Source: Synechocystis sp. PCC 6803 substr. PCC-P (lineage in GTDB: Bacteria; Cyanobacteriota; Cyanobacteriia; Cyanobacteriales; Microcystaceae). From it: DNA of 32,000 bases. A model generated the notes under the pieces. The model was not told where the DNA came from. It ran no database searches and worked only from the letters and a program-made list of their open reading frames with translations. Shown piece by piece: positions 28,501-32,000 of the stretch. Numbering within the stretch: position 1 is the stretch's first letter; each line of letters opens with the position of its first letter. The stretch lies in assembly GCF_000284455.1 (NCBI RefSeq), contig NC_017039.1, positions 2,220,001 through 2,252,000 of the forward strand. Direction: 5' to 3'. The position numbers were made by a program, and so were the translations under genes.

Positions 28501-29322
28501 TTGGAGAGTCAGGCATTGGCCCTGGGGGGAGAATTTGTGAACAAAAAAATCAAGCTCTGGGGTTGGTGCTTAGCCCTATTCTTGTTGACTTTATTACTGG
28601 TTAGTCTGCCGGCGATCGCCAACAATGGGAGCAAGCAAGCCTTACCGGAGTTGCAAATCCATCCCCTCCCCCCCGAGTTGGTAGATTTAGGCATCAGTCT
28701 GGAAAACCGCAGTTTACTCGGAGATGACGGCACTGATTATTTCTCCCAAGTTCAACCTTCTCCCCTAGGTTATTTACTCTGGTCTAAATTTCCCGTCACT
28801 GTGGCGGTGGACTATCCCCCTGGGTTAACCCCCGGCAGTGCTGCTCAAAAACGTTACTACACTTGGCAACAGGCCATTAAAACGGCGATCGCCGACTGGC
28901 AAGAATTTTTTCCCCTCACCATCGTTGAGAATACTACCGAGGCGGATATCACTATTTTTTACCGAGAACCGCCCCTACCCCGCATTGTGGACCCAGAAAC
29001 AGGATTGGTGAGTTTTGGTCGAGCCCGCACCGCCCAGGCTAACTATGAATTTTATTGGACTGACACATCCCCGCCCCAACTGCGTCACCGCATGGCGATC
29101 GCCATCAAACCTGGCCTAGCTCCCCTTTCCCTCCAAGGCACTGCCCGCCACGAACTAGGCCACGCCCTAGGCATTTGGGGCCACAGTGACCACAAAGAAG
29201 ATGCTTTATACCCAGCCCAGACTGCGGATGTACCGGCCATTTCTCCTCGGGATCTAAGAACTTTATATCGGCTTTATCAACAACCCACTCGCCTAGGTTG
29301 GTCGGTACTAGTCAGCAATTAG
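28501..29322 (+). CDS. metzincin/matrixin-like zinc metalloprotease, membrane/secreted
   Basis: ORF 273 aa; N-terminal TM LFLLTLLLVSLPAIANN; extended zinc motif HELGHALGIWGH (HExxHxxGxxxH) followed by SDHKEDALYP. Confidence 0.87.
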   Translation: MESQALALGGEFVNKKIKLWGWCLALFLLTLLLVSLPAIANNGSKQALPELQIHPLPPELVDLGISLENRSLLGDDGTDYFSQVQPSPLGYLLWSKFPVTVAVDYPPGLTPGSAAQKRYYTWQQAIKTAIADWQEFFPLTIVENTTEADITIFYREPPLPRIVDPETGLVSFGRARTAQANYEFYWTDTSPPQLRHRMAIAIKPGLAPLSLQGTARHELGHALGIWGHSDHKEDALYPAQTADVPAISPRDLRTLYRLYQQPTRLGWSVLVSN

Positions 29323-29421
29323 AAAACTTGAGAAAATTTTGATTTTTTTGTGAACTCATCTGGACAGGATCAACGTTGTCTTAAAACTGCCGTAGTAGAT
29401 GAGAAGGCTCCCGAAAGGAAA

Positions 29422-29448
29422 TCCCCCAAAACCGAACGAGTTGGGGGA
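29422..29448. terminator. probable intrinsic terminator between convergent genes
   Basis: TCCCCCAA-(11 nt)-TTGGGGGA hairpin followed by CTTTT, between genes ending at 29322 (+) and 29483 (-). Confidence 0.55.
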
Positions 29449-29482
29449 CTTTTCCAAACAAACTGACTTAGTTTGCAAAGAA

Positions 29483-30784
29483 TTACATAGTCAAAGACTG
29501 GGCATTCTCTTCAATAATGACAGCCAAATCCTTCAGGAAAGCGGCGGCATGGGCCCCATAAATTACCCGATGGTCACAGGTTACATTAACCGCCATTTGT
29601 CGTTTGGTACCAATCAAACCTTCCTCATTGGCCACTACTTGGGGACGGGAAGCACCCACCGCTAAAATTCCCCCTTGACCCGGCGGTAGAATGGCATCAA
29701 ATCGGTCTACCCCAAACATACCCAGGTTAGAAATAGTGAAAGTGCCAGTGCTGTATTCTTCAGGCTGTAACTGCTTAGCCCGGGCCCGTTCCACCAATTC
29801 TTTCCATCGGCGGGAGAGGGAGTAGATATCTACTTGGTCTGCATTTTGCAACACCGGAGTAATTAAACCGCCATCGGGCATGGCTACGGCCAGAGCAATG
29901 TTGACATCCTTGTGGTAGATGATGCCTTGGTCAGTGTAGCTGGCGTTGACAATGGGATGTTTTTTCAAGGCCAGAGCCACAGCTTTAGCCAACAGGGCCG
30001 TCATAGTCACCCCTTTGCCTTTGATTTGTTTATAAAGTTGATCCAGTCCATCGGTGGTGATGGTGTAGCCCACTCGGAATGTAGGAGCGGCCATGGCGGC
30101 CACCATATTTTGCACCAAAGCTTTTTGGAAAGTGGTCAGGGGTACTGTCTGGCCGACGGGAACACTGGGGGTAGAGGTTACCCTTGGAGTAGGGGCAGGG
30201 GATGTTTTAGGAGCTGGGGCACTGGGGGCAGCGATGGAAGCAGTGACGGGTTTACCAGCGGCACTTTCAATATCTGCGGCCACAATTCTGCCGTGGGGGC
30301 CAGTGCCAGCAATGGTAGCTAAATCAACTTTTAACTCTTTGGCTAGTTTTTTCGCCCGGGGGGAAGCAATAATTCGCCCACTGCCTTTGCCATTGCCGTT
30401 ACTGCTAGGGGCCGGAGTTGTCTCTATGGCAGTTGCACTGGCGATCGCCACTGGTTCAGGTTGTTGGGGGGCTGGGGTTGCAGTCGGAGCCGCACTAGAA
30501 CCACCACCAGAGCCAGCTTTAGCTTGGGCTTCGGCAATTTCCGCTTCCGTTTCCACCACTAGGCCAAGGGTTGCCCCCACGGGAGCTTCTTCCCCTGCTG
30601 GAACTAGAATGGCGGCTAGGTAACCTTCGTTAAAGGACTCCACGTCCATATCTGCTTTGTCCGATTCCACCACCAAGACAGTTTCACCTTTTTCCACTTT
30701 GTCGCCGGGGGACTTAGTCCAAGAAACAATTTTCCCCTCGGTCATGGTGGAACTCAGGGCGGGCATGAAAATGTCGTAAATCAT
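29483..30784 (-). CDS. pdhC: pyruvate dehydrogenase complex E2, dihydrolipoamide acetyltransferase
   Basis: ORF 433 aa; lipoyl domain with VESDKADMDVES, peripheral subunit-binding domain IIASPRAKKLAKELKVDLATIAGTGPHGRIVAADIE, catalytic MAVNVTCDHRVIYGAHAAAFL. Confidence 0.95.
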   Translation of the reverse strand: MIYDIFMPALSSTMTEGKIVSWTKSPGDKVEKGETVLVVESDKADMDVESFNEGYLAAILVPAGEEAPVGATLGLVVETEAEIAEAQAKAGSGGGSSAAPTATPAPQQPEPVAIASATAIETTPAPSSNGNGKGSGRIIASPRAKKLAKELKVDLATIAGTGPHGRIVAADIESAAGKPVTASIAAPSAPAPKTSPAPTPRVTSTPSVPVGQTVPLTTFQKALVQNMVAAMAAPTFRVGYTITTDGLDQLYKQIKGKGVTMTALLAKAVALALKKHPIVNASYTDQGIIYHKDVNIALAVAMPDGGLITPVLQNADQVDIYSLSRRWKELVERARAKQLQPEEYSTGTFTISNLGMFGVDRFDAILPPGQGGILAVGASRPQVVANEEGLIGTKRQMAVNVTCDHRVIYGAHAAAFLKDLAVIIEENAQSLTM

Positions 30785-30994
30785 GGTGGTTTTATCTCTT
30801 AAATCTCTTGTAGATCCCTTGGAATACAGCGGATTAGGACTGCGGAAGACCGTTCAAATTCTATCAGATTTCTGCCGGGGGGTTAGTTAAGGAGCACTTT
30901 TCGACCATCTAGGCGATCGCCCAAAGGAAAATGTCAAAATGGGTTAGGATTATCCAGATCCATTGTTGATCAGTCAAGAAAATAGCAAACTGCC

Positions 30995-31633
30995 ATGACC
31001 TCCTATTCCTCTGCAACGGCCCGCGCTGAAATGAGTGAACTGCGGCGCTTGAAAAGTTTACTGCCGCCGGAACTCCAAAGTTGGGTAATGGTGGAAGGCA
31101 GTACCGAAGTTAATCCCCCTCTGATCCGTTCGGAAGAATTGGGGCGGGATGAGATTGAAATTCAGGTGGATTTGGCCAAATGGGAAAACCTGGCCATTGA
31201 CCAGCGGAATTTACTCTTTTGGCACGAAGTGGCCCGCATTCAGAGTGATACCATTCCCCGGGAAGGTTGGGAAATGGCTGCCTTGGCGATCGGTTTGGGG
31301 GGTGCAGTGGGGGAACTGTGGGTGCAAGATGGATTGCTCTTACTTTTAGCCCTGGGATTATGTGGCATTTCTGGCTACCGGCTCTGGCAAAAAAATAACG
31401 GTGAAAAACGGATCAAAGAGGCGATCGAGGCGGATGAAAAGGCCATTACCCTGGCTACCCGTTTCGGCTATACCTTGCCTAATGCCTACAAAAGTCTTGG
31501 CAGTGCTTTCAAAACATTAATCGAACAAACCCCCAACCGTCGTCAACGCAAACAGTATGAAACCCGTCTCCAAGCCCTGCGCCAAAGTGCAGCCAAAATG
31601 AAAGCTAAAACCCAAAAGGCCAAGGCTCTCTAA
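30995..31633 (+). CDS. conserved cyanobacterial membrane protein, DUF3318-like
   Basis: ORF 212 aa; EMSELRRLKSLLPPELQSWVMVEG, NLAIDQRNLLFWHEVARIQSDTIPREGWE, two hydrophobic segments. Confidence 0.75.
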   Translation: MTSYSSATARAEMSELRRLKSLLPPELQSWVMVEGSTEVNPPLIRSEELGRDEIEIQVDLAKWENLAIDQRNLLFWHEVARIQSDTIPREGWEMAALAIGLGGAVGELWVQDGLLLLLALGLCGISGYRLWQKNNGEKRIKEAIEADEKAITLATRFGYTLPNAYKSLGSAFKTLIEQTPNRRQRKQYETRLQALRQSAAKMKAKTQKAKAL

Positions 31634-31937
31634 ACATAGTTGATTGTCTAGTTAGTCAAAGTCCCTTGTCTCGGCATGGGCTGAGTTTGCCGCCACTGTG
31701 CATTTTTCCACAACCATCGTCACTACGGCGAATTGCAGGCTGGTAGAACTGGTTTGGTAAATGACCTGTGACTATCCATCAATTGAAGGCATTGGCAAGA
31801 TGGAAACCTTCCAGAAGGAACGGGAATGCTGGTTCGATCGCTAATTCTGGACAGGATAACAAAACCAGTTGGTAATGTGGAAAAAGCTGTCTCCATGTCA
31901 TTTGGACTGATGCCCTGTTTACTTTATTAACCCCACC

Positions 31938-32000
31938 ATGGTTCAACTTTCCCCGACCCCTGCATCAACCCTGACTTACAAAGACGCAAATGGGCAAAAT
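31938..32000 (+). CDS. start of a CDS truncated by the window edge
   Basis: ATG with open frame MVQLSPTPASTLTYKDANGQN to the window end; product cannot be assigned from 21 codons. Confidence 0.5.
   Translation, partial: MVQLSPTPASTLTYKDANGQN

Noticed and set aside
29912-30623. Plus-strand 136-aa and 176-aa ORFs
   Set aside because: Antisense to the E2 gene; composition reflects the Ala/Pro-rich linker read in reverse.
1-32000. CRISPR array, rRNA, retron or phage module
   Set aside because: No regularly spaced direct repeats, no rRNA-like sequence, no reverse transcriptase or phage structural motifs found on reading.

Overview
The window looks like chromosomal DNA of a Synechocystis sp. PCC 6803-type cyanobacterium. 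That assignment rests on recall of gene families, ISY100, and dense HIP1 octamers (GCGATCGC); no database search was run. Supported content, left to right: two type IV pilin-like genes; an alpha/beta hydrolase; two tandem IS5-type elements, one with an internal deletion; an rfbC-like epimerase; pdhA; an MFS transporter; xthA; ndk; tRNA-Ala(GGC); a Rieske oxygenase gene split by an ISY100 (Tc1/mariner) copy; mtnA; a plsC-like acyltransferase; a TPR-M48 peptidase; a secreted Gly-rich/collagen-like protein; a TspO-like gene; a divergent KaiC (KaiC3-like) followed by an unlisted 58-aa PCP_red-like ORF and a DPM/GtrB-like glycosyltransferase; a PAF-acetylhydrolase-like hydrolase; gpmI; secG; a metzincin-like protease; the dihydrolipoamide acetyltransferase (E2) gene; and a DUF3318-like gene. 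I found no CRISPR, phage or obvious new defence system. The strongest non-trivial observations are: (1) an ISY100 insertion whose in-silico removal, keeping one TA, restores a 344-codon Rieske oxygenase ORF; (2) an A9 slippery run joining the two ISY100 ORFs by a -1 shift into a 282-aa transposase; (3) tandem IS5-type copies sharing one TTA, one with a 78-nt in-frame loss of the region expected to hold the catalytic Glu; (4) two unlisted gene remnants (ABC ATPase C-terminus; GH10-like C-terminus); (5) the kaiC3-like/58-aa ORF/glycosyltransferase arrangement.
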